Below, in pieces: positions 5,823 through 17,039 of a stretch of 21,404 nt of DNA; the first letter of the stretch is position 1; the number at the start of each line of letters is the position of its first letter. The position numbers and the translations under genes were made by a program. Origin of the DNA: Chiloscyllium plagiosum. Its lineage: Eukaryota. Location: assembly GCF_004010195.1 (NCBI RefSeq), contig NC_057749.1, positions 26,890,949 through 26,912,352 on the forward strand, written 5' to 3'. Under the pieces are notes generated by a model. That model had not been told where the DNA came from. It worked only from the letters and a program-made list of their open reading frames with translations, and did not search any database.

Positions 5823-8800
5823 ATGCCTTTATTTGGGAAGCTTGACTCATTCAATCCTGCCTTCGAAAACTTGGCCCAGTATGTGGAAAGAACGTGTTTT
5901 TTTTCCGGGCAAAAGATATTGGAGCAGATGAAAAGCGGCGAGTAATTCTTCTGACTGCTTGTGAGCCAGCAACATTTTCAGTTATTAGAAGCCTAACTCT
6001 CCCAGATGCTAAAACATTTCAAGAGTTGACAGATTTAGTTAAGCAATATTATGATTCAAGGTCTCTTCTAATCCTGAGATGCTATTAGTTTTACTTGTCA
6101 TTCAAAAACTAGGGGAATCCATATCAGAATTTTTGATGCAGTTAAGATGACTAGCAGAGGCATGTGATTTTGGGGTAACCTGAGGAGATGTTGAAAGACC
6201 ATTTGGTATACGCAATTAATGACATAACCATGCAAAATTGCCTACCAACTGAAGCCGGACTGGACTTCAAACAGGCACAACAACTGGATTTGACATTAGA
6301 GATTAGATGTGTAGCAAATGAAACATGTGAGTTACAGGGTATCCCGATGGAACTGGACACTCTCACCTGTCCTACTGAGCTTGGGGAGCATCACCTGAGT
6401 GTATGCAATTGCATAGCCTCATGCAAGATATATCCTGAGCAGAGGGACTCTAGGTCAGCCTACAGCAAAATCCCACAACAAAGCTGAGTTTCAGCCAAAA
6501 GGCTAAATGGTTCTTCAGGATTTGAGCCAGCCAGCCATTGTAATTGCTGCCAGAATGCAGACTGAAGACATCAAAGAAGTGCAATGAAGCCTGACTTTAC
6601 TAAGGGAACTCATAGGCTGGTATCCAGGAGAGTGCATAGCCTGGAAAGTCCACCTACATGTGGTGTGGAATAGTTAAATTCCTTAGCAACATCTAAATCA
6701 GAACCAATCAAAATAAATGTCTGGTTAAACAGCCACCCAATTCTAATGGAGATCAATACTGGTGCAGCTAGATCAGCGATTGCAGAATCAGTCTTTAACA
6801 AGTTTCTCTCTGGACCCTAACTCTTAAGTTTGCACAAGACCTTCATCAGACTGAGGACATGTACCAGGGAACGATTACAGATTAAGCGTACAAACTCTGT
6901 TCTGATCTCCTATGAGAAGCAATTGGTGCAGATACCACTAATTGTAGTAAAAGGCTCAGACCCAAGCTCAATGAAGTGGAATTGGGTTGAGATTCACCTC
7001 GATTGCCTCAACATTTTTCTAATAGAGAATGGTAGCCTGAGTGAAGTCCTAATTACATACCCAGAAGTTTTTCAAGAAGGTCGAGGGATTATCAAAGGAA
7101 CCAAAAAGCAATTCCACAATTCTGCAAAGTCCGCTCAGTTCCATTTCCTGAAGTGCACAAGTAGAAGCAGAAATCAGGAGGCTGGAAAGTGAAGGAGTCA
7201 TCAAACCGGTACAGTTTGCGGAATGGGCAGCACCAGTCATACCAATTGTGAAGCCTTTGCAGGGATTTCAAGAAATGGTAAACCGCTTCTTGCAGCTCAA
7301 TAAATACCCAATCTTTTGCACAATGAGGTTGGATGCAAAACTGGCAGGGGAACTGTCCTTCACCAAGCTGGACATCAGCCATGCGTACCTGCAAGTGTGA
7401 CAAGATGAGGAGTCCTAGACGTATGCCACAATTAAAACCCATTAGAGTTATCATCAGCCTGTGCCTTTGTCCAGTGGACAAAGTAGAACATTTTACAAGG
7501 TTGATGTCAGGTTGCCACTTATCTGGATGATATGTTAATAACCAGGAAGACCAATAAAGAGCACTTGAAGAACTTGGATATAGAGCTTAAACGGTTCTCC
7601 CAGTCAGAGCATATGCCTTAGAAGGGAAAAATATGTGTTCCAGACACCCCAAGTGACCTACCGCTCCAGAGTCGACAAAACCGTGTAATTCGAAGATAAA
7701 GCAAGGGCAATCAAAGGTGCCCTAGCTCCCATGTCTGAACCAGAATTAGGTCTTTCCTTGGGTTGGTAAATTATTGCGGAAAATTCATATGTAACCTGGC
7801 CTCCATCTTGGCACCCTTACACCTGATATTGAGAAAGAGTATCAGCCTTGGAAATGGCAACGAGGCCAAGAGATAGCTTTTAGATAATTGAAAAAGCAGC
7901 TATCATCCTCTAAAATGTTAGCGCACTATGAACCCAAATAAGATCTGGTGCTCACATGCAATGCCTCCCCATAAGGCATTGGGATAGTGTTGGCTCACCA
8001 GTGGCCCAAGAGATAGAAACGCCCAATAGAATGCTTCACAGACTTTAGCTGATGTCAAAGAAGGAAGGTTTGATGGTCATCTTTGGTGTGAGAAAATTTC
8101 GCCAATACCTTTACAATGCAAACTTATAATAGTAATGGATCACAAACCCCTGCTAGGGCTTCTTAGGGAGGGCAATTGGTGCTGCCCATAGCTTCAGATC
8201 AAATTCAGCAGGGAGCCCTTATTGTCAGTTAAGCTGGAACAAGTTGGAACATCGTCCGGGAGGCCAAGTGGCAAATGCAGATGCCTTGAGCCGCTTCCCA
8301 CTGGCAGATACACCACCGGTGGTTCCTCCCTTGGAAGCGTCCATTCTGGTTTTAAACTTTCTGGACACCCTTCCAGTCACCTCTGACAATATCTGACACA
8401 AAAAGATCCCGTCTGGGCAAAACTAAAACAGCTGGCGGTCATGGGTCAACAGAAGAACCATCACAACCAAAAATACAATCCTTCTAGACCCACTGAGATC
8501 AAATCACCATAGAGAACGGCATATTATTATGAGAAGCAAGAGTGATTGTCACGAGTAAAGGTCACCACCAGATATTGGCTAAACTCCACCATTCAGGGGT
8601 TTCCAAAATGAAGATGCTGGCAAGAAATTATGTCTGGTGGCCAAGATTGGATGTAACATAACTTCATTGGTGGGGCAGTGCCCAGAGTGCCAACAAGGAA
8701 AATAATTACTGCTAGCAGCTCCCTCACATTTGTAGGAATGGATGGATAAAACCTCGACTCAGTTACACGTCAACTATGTCAGTTCTTTCATGGGCTCAGT

Positions 8801-10300
8801 GTTCTTGGTCATTGTGGATACCCATTCAAAGTGATTGGACATGTATAAAGTTTATTTGTCAAACTCAGGGATGATGACTGAAAAGCGTGAACATTATTTG
8901 CAATACATGGACTCCTGGAAGTATTGATAATGGACAATGGGACGTCATTTGCCAGCAGAGATTTCAAGTACAAAACAACCTCAACTATCCAAACATCAGT
9001 TATCCAAATTTCAGATTATCTGAACAAGATCTCAAGGCCCCTGAAGTAGGAAAATTCTATTCCTCATCCATTTAATGCATCATTTTGTAAATCTGAACAG
9101 GAATATAAATGCAAGTATGCTTTAATAAATAACTTCAAATATATACTTGAGACGTAACATTAGAGTTAAGTCTTAAACATTTTATAAAAGGGCTCTCCAA
9201 TACTTATTCTCCCCAAGGACAAAGGCTGTGAACACAAGAACAATGTATGTGCAAGCCTGAGCTGTGCGCTGTAACAGCAAGATTCCCTCTCAACATTGAC
9301 TCGCTCTGTTTTGCAAACCCAACAATTTTTTTCCTCAGCTCATTCTCTGGAGAGTTCAGTCAAAACATGTGTTCGCACTTGACGTTTCTATTGCTTTTTC
9401 CTCCTGTTATCCCATGATGGCTCTTTTTTTCCAAAAAAAAGTTCAATATCTTTTAGCAGACAAGAAAATTTAATATAACTTTTTTTTGATGGGGAAGAGC
9501 AAATAATTGTGAATTAGCACAAATGAAAACAAACAGGAAGAAACCCTGACGGGAGGAAACTTTAGGAAAACATTACCCCAATAAAAAAAAATTGTTGAGA
9601 GGGAGGAAACTGAAGTCAGTGACAAAATCTTCCCTCTCTCTCGTGTCCCTCCTGTATTTTGGCCTCTCTCTCTAAGAGCTCGGTGGTCACTGAGGAGGGA
9701 AGGACAATACTTAGTTGGTCTGGACGGCAGGTAGACACCGAACAGAAAGATGCCGGCTGCTGTTGAGAACCGGGATAAAACCGAGGAAAATGTCAGTGGA
9801 AAATTCCACAGACTTCAGTCAAACTCTAGCCAAAAAGTGATTTTATTTGTAAATTATCACGAATTTTTAAGCACTATCTAATGTTTGTACACATCTATTG
9901 ATTAAATGAAATAAAAACTCTGTAAACATGCTTTCTTTTGTAATTAAGTTCAGTATGACTTCATTTATTTACAATGATATCAGTTAACAATCAGTTATCT
10001 GAACAAAATACTCCCTGCCCGTCTTGTTCAGATAATCGAGGTTGTTCTGTATTTCCTAAAATCAAATGGCATTCAGCATTTTTGGGCAGCTCCATACCAT
10101 CCATTGTCCAATGGTCTGGTGGAAAGAGCAGTCTATATGTTGAAGGCAGGCTTAAAGAAACAGCCTACAGCTTCACTCAATGCCTCAATTCCTGTCTGAT
10201 TACAGATCCACCACTCATGCAACTACAAGTTTACCTCCGGCAAAGTTGCTGCTGGGGAGAAGACTCTGTGCCGGGTTATGCTTGATATTCCCAAATCGGG
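5823..10300 (+). pseudogene. Gypsy gag-pol remnant (many stops and frameshifts)
   Basis: ATG 5823 MPLFGKLDSFNPAFENLAQYVER..; protease MEINTGA (6746-6766, catalytic D changed to N); RT WAAPVIPIVK, KLDISHAYLQ, YLDD (7520-7531); RNase H CNASP*GIG, DHKPLL, ADALSR; integrase YVWWPRLD, CPECQ, HGLLEVLIMDNG, APYHPLSNGL. Confidence 0.92.
8971..10049. mobile_element. Non-autonomous Tc1/mariner-superfamily (pogo/Tigger-like) DNA transposon
   Basis: Imperfect 25-bp TIRs CAAAACAACCTCAACTATCCAAACA / rc CAGAACAACCTCGATTATCTGAACA; TA duplication at 8969-8970 and 10050-10051; subterminal ttatc.gaaca repeats; removal restores integrase DFKYFLKSNG. Confidence 0.9.
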
Positions 10301-10858
10301 CTTGTGAGGGGGGAGGTGAAACGCATAAATATCAATGCTAGCCACATACCTCCTCTAAGCAGGAGAGACAGTTTACTTCACAGGATGAAGTTTGGTGTCA
10401 AAACCACGGAAGTAGCCCTGCATGGGTATGAGGTGAGGTTGATGCAAGGTCAGGTCCTGTGATACAAAGACGTTTGAAGAGGTGAGGCAGTCCTGAGCAA
10501 ACATGTGGATAACATGAAAGCTGCTACCTCACAAACAGGACAGAACCAAAACATGCCAGCCCCTCAGAACAGCCATAAAGGTTGTCAGAAACTGTGGATT
10601 CTCCCCTCCATCTAGCGTCAAAGAATCCTCAGAGTCCAAGATGGATGCAGCCAGTGTCACAGCTTCAATATGTGACTACCTGCAGAAGAGGAGGAATTTC
10701 GTCTGAGACAATCCAGATGCAAGAGGTGGGCTATGGCCCAGTACACACCACCAGTATCCAAGTCAGAGTCAGAGGAACCAGAACTGGTGCAAAAATGTCC
10801 AAGGAGTAGTTACAAGAAAAAGAACAGGCCTACACCCTCGGACCTAGCCAGGGAGGTA

Positions 10859-11287
10859 TACATTGATTGGAATGAAGGCTAGGTGGATCTCATTGAATAT
10901 AAGATACCTAATAGGGCTGTTAATCTGGGCTAATCAGGGAGCCCTGGCTGACAGAAGTCTCACGACATGGGTGTTTTCCTGATGGTGGAGAATATAAAGT
11001 TTTCGCACAATGATGTCTTTTTTACTGTCTCACTATACGTATGCACACAGCCATGAGTAATTTGGAGAATATATAAGCACTACATTGGGGCCCTTTTTGG
11101 GTGCAGTAGCAATGAGAGGGAAATCAAAAGGAAAAAAGAGAAAGAAAAAGAAAAGAAACAGGAGTCTCAGGGATTCTCGCTACTCCAAAGACTGGCTCTG
11201 AGCTAGCTGGTCAGAGGCCATGTACTATGCATATGTAAATAAAGGGTGACTTGGTAAGGAGATACTGGCCTCCGTGAAGTTATTTCA
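10859..11287 (+). repeat. 3' LTR (interrupted at 10963-11157)
   Basis: Preceded by purine-rich agggagg; homologous to both halves of the 5' LTR; AATAAA at 11238-11243; ends tatttCA. Start approximate. Confidence 0.85.
10963..11157 (+). mobile_element. Diverged Tx1-like 3' UTR inserted in the 3' LTR
   Basis: Collinear motifs gggtgttttcct, ggtgga, tgtctcac, gcacac..ccatg, ataagcactac...gtag and A-rich tail; flanked by acagaagtctca (10951-10962) and acaggagtctca (11158-11169). Confidence 0.75.
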
Positions 11288-11510
11288 TTATCCATAGTAC
11301 AAAAGTCATCTTTAGCTCACAATTCCCAGCTTACAGCTCCAAACCAAATTTAAATCAGCCAGGGCTCTAACACTACTCTCTCATAACAAGTTAGCTTTGG
11401 ACTTCAAACACTGGTAGATCTTTGTAGGTTCCTTGCATTATCAAGTCTCTCATGGGTTCACCTCAATCAAGCAGTGGTATACAATTGATCCACATGTGAT
11501 GAGATTTCTT

Positions 11511-11848
11511 GGCACAGTGGCACAGTGGTTAACACTGCTGCCTCACAGCGCCAGAGATCTGGGTTCGATTCCAGCCTCGGTTGACTGTCTGCATGAAGTT
11601 TACACATTCTCCCTATAGTTGTGTGGGTTTCCTCTGGGTGCTCCAGTTTCCTCCCACAGTCCAAAGATGTGCAGATTAGGTGAATTGGCTATGCTAAATT
11701 GCCCATTGTGTTCAGGAATGTGTAGGTTAGGTGCATTAGTCAGGGGTAAACATAGGGTAGGGGGAATGAGTCTAGGTGAGTCTCTTCGGAGAGTATTTGT
11801 GGACTTGCTGGGCCGAAGGGCCTGTTTCCACACAGTAGGGATTCTATG
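11511..11848 (+). mobile_element. HE1-like V-SINE, full length
   Basis: A box TGGCACAGTGG (11518-11528), B box GGTTCGATTCC (11562-11572), V-domain-like gtgggtttcctctgggtgctccagtttcctcccacagtccaaaga, CR1-type tail gggccgaagggcctgtttcc...gattctatg. Confidence 0.88.
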
Positions 11849-12089
11849 CTTTGCTTCACATATACAACTCCTTTGGCTACACAAACAACGTACAATCTCT
11901 GCTGGTCTGCACTCCCTTAAATGACTACACCTTTCCTGTTAAAATCCCTGTTACCCTAATCCAAATGTCTTCAACCACTAAGCATATTGATGCCTATTGT
12001 ACAGTGTGGCCTGTTGCACACGGTAGGACTGCTTCTTCTTTATACATCTCGATAGTCTGATTGGTGTAAATATTGAGTCAACTTCTTTG

Positions 12090-12378
12090 ATCAGATAGAG
12101 TTTTCAGGTTCTTGCTCATCAGGAATTCTGACAGTGATAGATCACAGTGATGTAGGGTGATTCCGTAATTTAGCAATGCAGTACAGAAGTTAGCATTTTT
12201 TTTCTAAAGTAATGATCACCCCAAGTCGATGTTTGACTTCCCCATTTGCTTTTGGTTATTCAGTGAATTTTGACATGTTCAAATTCAGATCTGGCTGCAA
12301 AGTAGTCACAACACTCACTAGCAAAATGTGATGTTTTGTCCAAGACGATCATCTCAGGGAGACCATGCGTTGCAATTT
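12090..12378 (-). pseudogene. Integrase core of a second, older Gypsy element
   Basis: Minus strand IATHGLPEMIVLDKTSHFASE...PKANGEVK...ALLNYGIT...LSLSEFLMSKNLKT, a decayed version of FATHGIP..IVSDNG.QF...PQANGEAE...ALL.YR.TP...SPAELLM. Confidence 0.75.
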
Positions 12379-12453
12379 TTTTTTTCTAATGCATGGGATA
12401 TGGACATCACTGGATAGCCCAAGCATTTATTGCCTATTCCTAACTGCCCTCGA

Positions 12454-12568
12454 GACCATAAGACACAGGAGCGGAAGTAAGGCCATTCGGCCCATCGAGT
12501 CCACTCCGCCATTCAATCATGGCTGATGGGCATTTCAACTCCACTTACCCGCATTCTCTCCGTAGCCC
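12454..12568 (-). mobile_element. CR1 3' UTR tail fragment
   Basis: rc ...cagccatgattgaatggcggagtggactcgatgggccgaatggccttacttccgctcctgtgtcttatggtc; CpGs retained. Confidence 0.8.
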
Positions 12569-12615
12569 ATTTGGTATTGAACTGTCCCTGCCTTTATGCT
12601 GTTAGGGAGGGAGTT

Positions 12616-12986
12616 CATAGAATCATAGAATCCCTACAATGCAAAAAGAGACCATTTGGCCAATTGAGCCTGCACCAACCCACTGAAGAACATCCCACCC
12701 AGACAGACACCTTCAAACCAACCCTGAAACCATGCATGAAGTTTTTACCATGGCTAACTTACTTAACCTGCACATCTCTGTACACCGCAGGGCAATTTTC
12801 AGCATGGCTAATCCACCTAACGGCAGATCTGTGGTCTGTGGGAGGCAACCTGAGCACCCAGAGTAAATCCACATAGATATGGGCAGAAAATGTGAACTCC
12901 ACACAAACTGATCCCAAGGCTAGAACTGAACCCAGATCCCTGATATTATGAGGCAGCATTGCTAATCATTGTGCCACTGTGCCACC
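12616..12986 (-). mobile_element. HE1-like V-SINE, diverged
   Basis: rc head ggtggcacagtggcacaatgattagcaatgctgcctca and tail (gattctat)n; homologous to 11511-11848. Confidence 0.85.
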
Positions 12987-13510
12987 CGTGTTCCAGAATT
13001 TTGACCCCTCAACAGTGAGCGAATGGTGATACATAGTTGGGATGGTATATATGACTGGAAGAGATGTTACAAGTGAGGACATTCCAAGCTTTGGCTACTC
13101 TTGTATTTCTAGCTGGTAGAGGTCTTGCGTTTGAAAGATACTCTTGGAGGAGCCCTGGTGTGCTGTTGCAGTACATCTTATAAATGCTATTAAAGATGTT
13201 AAACACTACATCCATTATGTGTCAGTGGTGAAAAAAAATGAAAGTGGTGGGTGGAATACCAATCTAGTGGCTGCTTTATCCTGGATGGTGTCAAGTTTCT
13301 TGTATGTTGCTGGCATTGCACTGATCCAGGTGCTTATTCCATCACAAATCTAACATGTGCCTTTTAGATGGTAGGCAGGAATTCGAGAGACTGGAAAGGA
13401 GTTACTTGCCACAGAATTCCTAGCCTTGACCTGTTCTTGTAGCCACAATATTTATAAATCTGATCCAGTCCTGATCAACAATAATCCTCAGGATGTTGAC
13501 AGCAGGGAAT

Positions 13511-13715
13511 TTGTGCTCTTGTTGCTCTGGTTTGTGAACAGCATACGTTTCACAGTCAGATATAAGGTCTTCAATAACCATAGAGATCCCAGGCCACCAC
13601 ATAACTGATCAAGCGCTATCTCTGTATAACCTCTCTAGGACATTTCCTCAAGTGAAACTAAAATGACTAGTTATTCATCATACACAGTAAATCATTTATG
13701 ATTGTAAAATGCTGT
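13511..13715 (-). pseudogene. Gypsy integrase zinc-binding region remnant
   Basis: Minus strand YDE*LVILVSL..NVLERL and SVMWWPGISMVIEDLISDCETYAVHKPEQ (WWPG..I..C..C pattern). Confidence 0.7.
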
Positions 13716-13721
13716 CAATGC

Positions 13722-14593
13722 TTTGGCAGGAATAGAGGAGCTGAATGTTATTTAAATGGAGAAAAACTGTACAAAGCTACAGTACTGAGGGGCTTGGGAG
13801 TTCAGCAGGTAATAGGGAAAGAAAATGGAACACTGACCTTTATTTAAAAGGGAATGGAGTATAATTGAGAAGCCCTGTTAAAACTGTACAAGGCCTCGTC
13901 AAAACACATTTCGAATGCTGTGAACAGTTTTGGTTCCATTACCTAGGGAATGATATGCCAGCATTGGAGGCAGTCCAGAGAATGTTCACAAGGTTGATCC
14001 TGGGTTGGAGGGACAGTCTTTTGAGGAGAGGTTGAGTAGACTGGCCTGATGAAGGGCTTATGCCCAAAACGTCGATTCTCCCACTTCTTGGATGCTGCCT
14101 GACCTGCTGTGTTTTTCCAGCACCACACTTTTCGACTCTGATCTCCAGCATCCGCAGTCCTCACTTTCTCTTAGACTGGGACTGTACTCATTGAAGTTTA
14201 GAAGAATAAGAGGTGATCTTATTGAAACATACAAGATCTTTAGGGGACTTGACAGGGTAAATATAGAAGGATTATTTCCCTTTGTGTGGAAGAGTCAAGG
14301 AGCAGAGAACATAATCTTAGAGTAAGGGGTCACCCATTTTAGACAGAGATGAGGAGGAATTTCTTCTCCCAGACAGGATCCAATCTGTTCAATTCTTTAC
14401 CACAGTGCAATACAGAGACTGGGACATTAGTTATATTCAAGGCTGACATACCAGATTTATAATCTGTAAATCAAAGGTTATGGGGCAAAGGCAAGAAAGT
14501 GGAATTCAGGATTATCAGATCAGCCATGATCTCATTGAATGATAGAGCAGACTTAGAGGGAATAGCCTATTTCTGCTGCTACATCCTATGGTT
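13722..14593 (+). mobile_element. CR1 LINE 3' fragment with nested Penelope piece
   Basis: LLKLYKASSK..ECCEQFW, ALEAVQRMFTRLI, RLGLYSLKFRRIRGDLIETYKIFRGLDRV, then CR1 tail cagccatgatctcattgaat...cctatgg. Confidence 0.88.
14045..14171 (+). mobile_element. 127-bp Penelope-like terminal insert with 8-bp TSD
   Basis: tagactgg at 14037-14044 and 14172-14179; insert runs from cctgatgaagggcttatgccc to ctcactttctct. Confidence 0.9.
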
Positions 14594-14684
14594 TTAAGTT
14601 GCAGCCTTGCCTCACTGTATTTGCCTGCTAGGGCAATAGCATTCAACCTGAGCTATAAGTACTTCCCAATGTTTGTTTTCCCAC

Positions 14685-15930
14685 ATTGAACTGAATTGAA
14701 TTGAATTGAATTTATTGTCACATGTACCGAGGCACAGTGAAAAACTTTGTCTTGCGAGCAATACAGGCAGATCACATAGTTAAAGTAGCATAGATAGTAA
14801 ATAATAGGTAAACAAGCAGCAAAAACAAAAACATAGGTACAGGCGAATGTTAAGAGTTTGTGAGTCTATTCAGTATTCTAACAACAGTGGGGTAGAAACT
14901 GTTACAAAACCGGCTGGTGCTTGTGTTCAGGCTTCTGTACCTTCTCCTCAATGGTAGAGGTTGTAGAAAAACATTGCCAGGGTGGAATGGATCTTTGAGA
15001 ATGCTGGCAGCCTTTCCTTGACAGTGGGCCTGGTAGATGGATTCTATAGGTGGGAGATTGGCCTTTGTGATTGTCTGGGTCGAGTTCACCACTCTCTGCA
15101 ACCATCTCTGATCTTGAAAGGTACAGTTGCCATACCAGGTAGTGATACATCCAGACAGAACGCTCTCGATGGTGCACCTATAAAAGTTGGTAAGGGTATT
15201 CGCCATCTTGCCAAATTTCCTCAGCTGCCTGAGGAAGAAGAGACGTTATTGGGTCTTTTTTACAACTGCGTCCACACGAAAGAGTCCAAGAAAGCTTGTT
15301 GTGGATGACCACTCCCAGGAGCTTGACATTTGGCGACACAGTCATGGGTATACAGTGAGTACAGTAGGGGCTCAGTATGCACCCTGGGGGCTCCACTGTT
15401 GAGTGTTAATGAGGAGGAAATATTGTCCCCTATCTTCACTGATTGTGGCCTGTGGGTCAGGAAACTGAGGATCCAGTTGCAGAGAGTGGGTTTTTAGTCC
15501 GAGATCACTAAGTTTAGTAATCAGTCTCGAGGGGATAATAGTATTGAAGGCTGAACCGTAGTCAATGAGCAGGATTCTTACGTAGCTGTTTTTGGTGTCA
15601 AGATGTTCGAGGGAGAAGTGAAGGGCAAGTGATATGACATCTGACTTGGATCTGTTGGCCCAACAAGCAAATTGGAGTGGGTCAAGAGTAATGGGGAGGC
15701 TGGAGTTGATTAATGCCATGACCAGCCTTTCAAAGCACTTCATGACCACCAAAGTTAGGGCCACTGGGTGGTAGGCATTGAGACATGCTGCATGAGCCTT
15801 CTTAGGCACAAGGATGATGTTGGCCCTCTTGAAACAGGCAGGGACAGTGACCTGCTGCAGGGAGAGATTGAAGATGTCTAAGAAGACCTCTGCCAGTTGA
15901 TCTGCGCATGCTCTGAGTGCATGGCCTGGT
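14685..15930 (-). mobile_element. Rex1/Babar-type LINE, 5'-truncated, internally deleted
   Basis: [67 protein letters not shown]-terminal LTNFYRCTIESVLSGCITTWYGNC; (TTCAA)n tail at ~14685-14710. Confidence 0.9.
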
Positions 15931-15934
15931 AAAA

Positions 15935-16130
15935 CTGTGCCAATTTTTAAAGGTTTCCCTTGCACACCAGGAAAGGTAGTGTTACTCATGGAGTCTTTGA
16001 TGTCTGTTTGTTATCCAGCAGAACGCCAGATCAGAACTCCTACACACCACTGTCACTAAATGCAGTCTGTGCCTGCTGTCAAGTAATTAATACTCCTGCT
16101 CGAGTAACTTCCTAACTGACCCGCATATCT
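15935..16130 (-). pseudogene. Possible very decayed Gypsy RT N-terminal remnant
   Basis: Broken frames VRKLLEQ ... LVTVVCRSSDLAFC ... KDSMS..FP, loosely like 'V.KLLE.G.I...IVLV.K..G.LRFCVD'. Confidence 0.3.
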
Positions 16131-16278
16131 GAAATGCCTTGCCCTTTGACTGCAGCAGAATTTTTCTCGTTGAATTTTGTTGTGATCATTTATTTTATAG
16201 CATTCCTAACTCCTTAGCTCTTCCCTGCTGCTAACTGTCTCCACAAAAAGTTGACTCAAAGCTAAATCTGAAATCTAG

Positions 16279-16430
16279 ACAGAAGTGGCTACTGCAGATG
16301 CTGGAGATTAGAGTTAAGAATGAGACATTCCTGATGACAGGCTTTTGCCCGAAACATCAATTTTCCCACTCCTCAGATGCTGCCTGACCTGCTGTGATTT
16401 TCCAGCACCACTCTAATCTTGACCCTGAAT
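16279..16430 (+). mobile_element. Penelope-like terminal insert: inverted end plus forward hammerhead-bearing piece
   Basis: ~16279-16323 is the terminus reversed (ctgcagatgctggagattagag); 16326 onward cattcctgatgacaggcttttgcccgaaacatc...; possible imperfect duplication ct(a/g)aatctgaa at 16262 and 16425. Confidence 0.8.
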
Positions 16431-16719
16431 CTGAAGACATTGAGTCTCCAGACCTTCAAATTTGTCAACATATAGATACAGTTAAATGAATCACATAATT
16501 GCAAGTGGTTGCTTGAGCAGATAAACCAAGTCTGTGCCTCACCAAATAGTGGTTTCCAGCCACCATCGTCATGAAGTGTAAAGTTCTACAGGGCTGTTTG
16601 GTTTAATATGCCAGAAGAAAACCACTTACTGGTCAAAGTAAAGGAGACTCTTATATTAAATGAGAAACGGTTTATATTACTTTTATTCTTTCATAGGCTA
16701 CATGTACCATGGTAACAAC

Positions 16720-17039
16720 AGCATTTTACCCATTCTCAATTGCCCTTGGACTGAGTAGCTTTATATGCCATCTCAGGAGGTTTTGAGAGTCAATCACTTT
16801 ACTGTGGATCTGGGCTTACATGTAGACCAGACCAGGAAAGTACAGCAGATTTCCTCCTCCTCTGAAGATTACCAACTATGTTTTTATGATTATTGATTGA
16901 AGTTCCATGGTCAATATTACTGAGACTAATTTTGTTTCCAGATTTATTAAATGAATTTAAATTTCACCAGCTGCCAAGGTGGGACATTAGCTTGGATCTC
17001 TGGATTGCTGGTCCAGCAATGCTGCTACTACACCATCAC
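16720..17039 (-). mobile_element. Old SINE with LINE-derived tail
   Basis: rc head gtgatggtgtagtag..., body ggaaatctgctgtactttcctggtctggtctacatgt, tail aagggcaattgagaatgggtaaaaatgctg similar to the LINE end at ~19800-19830. Confidence 0.6.

Larger units (their letters stand above)
744..11287 (+). mobile_element. Decayed Gypsy/Ty3 LTR retrotransposon with nested insertions
   Basis: Two related LTRs both ending ...gcctcc(a/g)tgaagttatttca (5740 and 11287), PBS-like gtggcaatgag after the 5' LTR, purine tract before the 3' LTR, and gag-PR-RT-RH-IN remnants in Gypsy order. Confidence 0.92.
12379..13510 (-). mobile_element. Old CR1/L2-group LINE 3' part, with two nested inserts
   Basis: IYKMYCNSTPGLLQEYLSNARPLPARNTR and GSKFWN motifs; 3' tail with A run at ~12376-12452; same family as 18027-19870. 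Confidence 0.7.

Noticed and set aside
9229..9420. Transposase remnant inside the Tigger-like element
   Set aside because: Only a few weakly suggestive residues on the minus strand; not supportable without a profile search.
11511..11580. tRNA gene (also 320-388)
   Set aside because: A and B boxes are present, but no complete cloverleaf is evident and they continue into SINE bodies.
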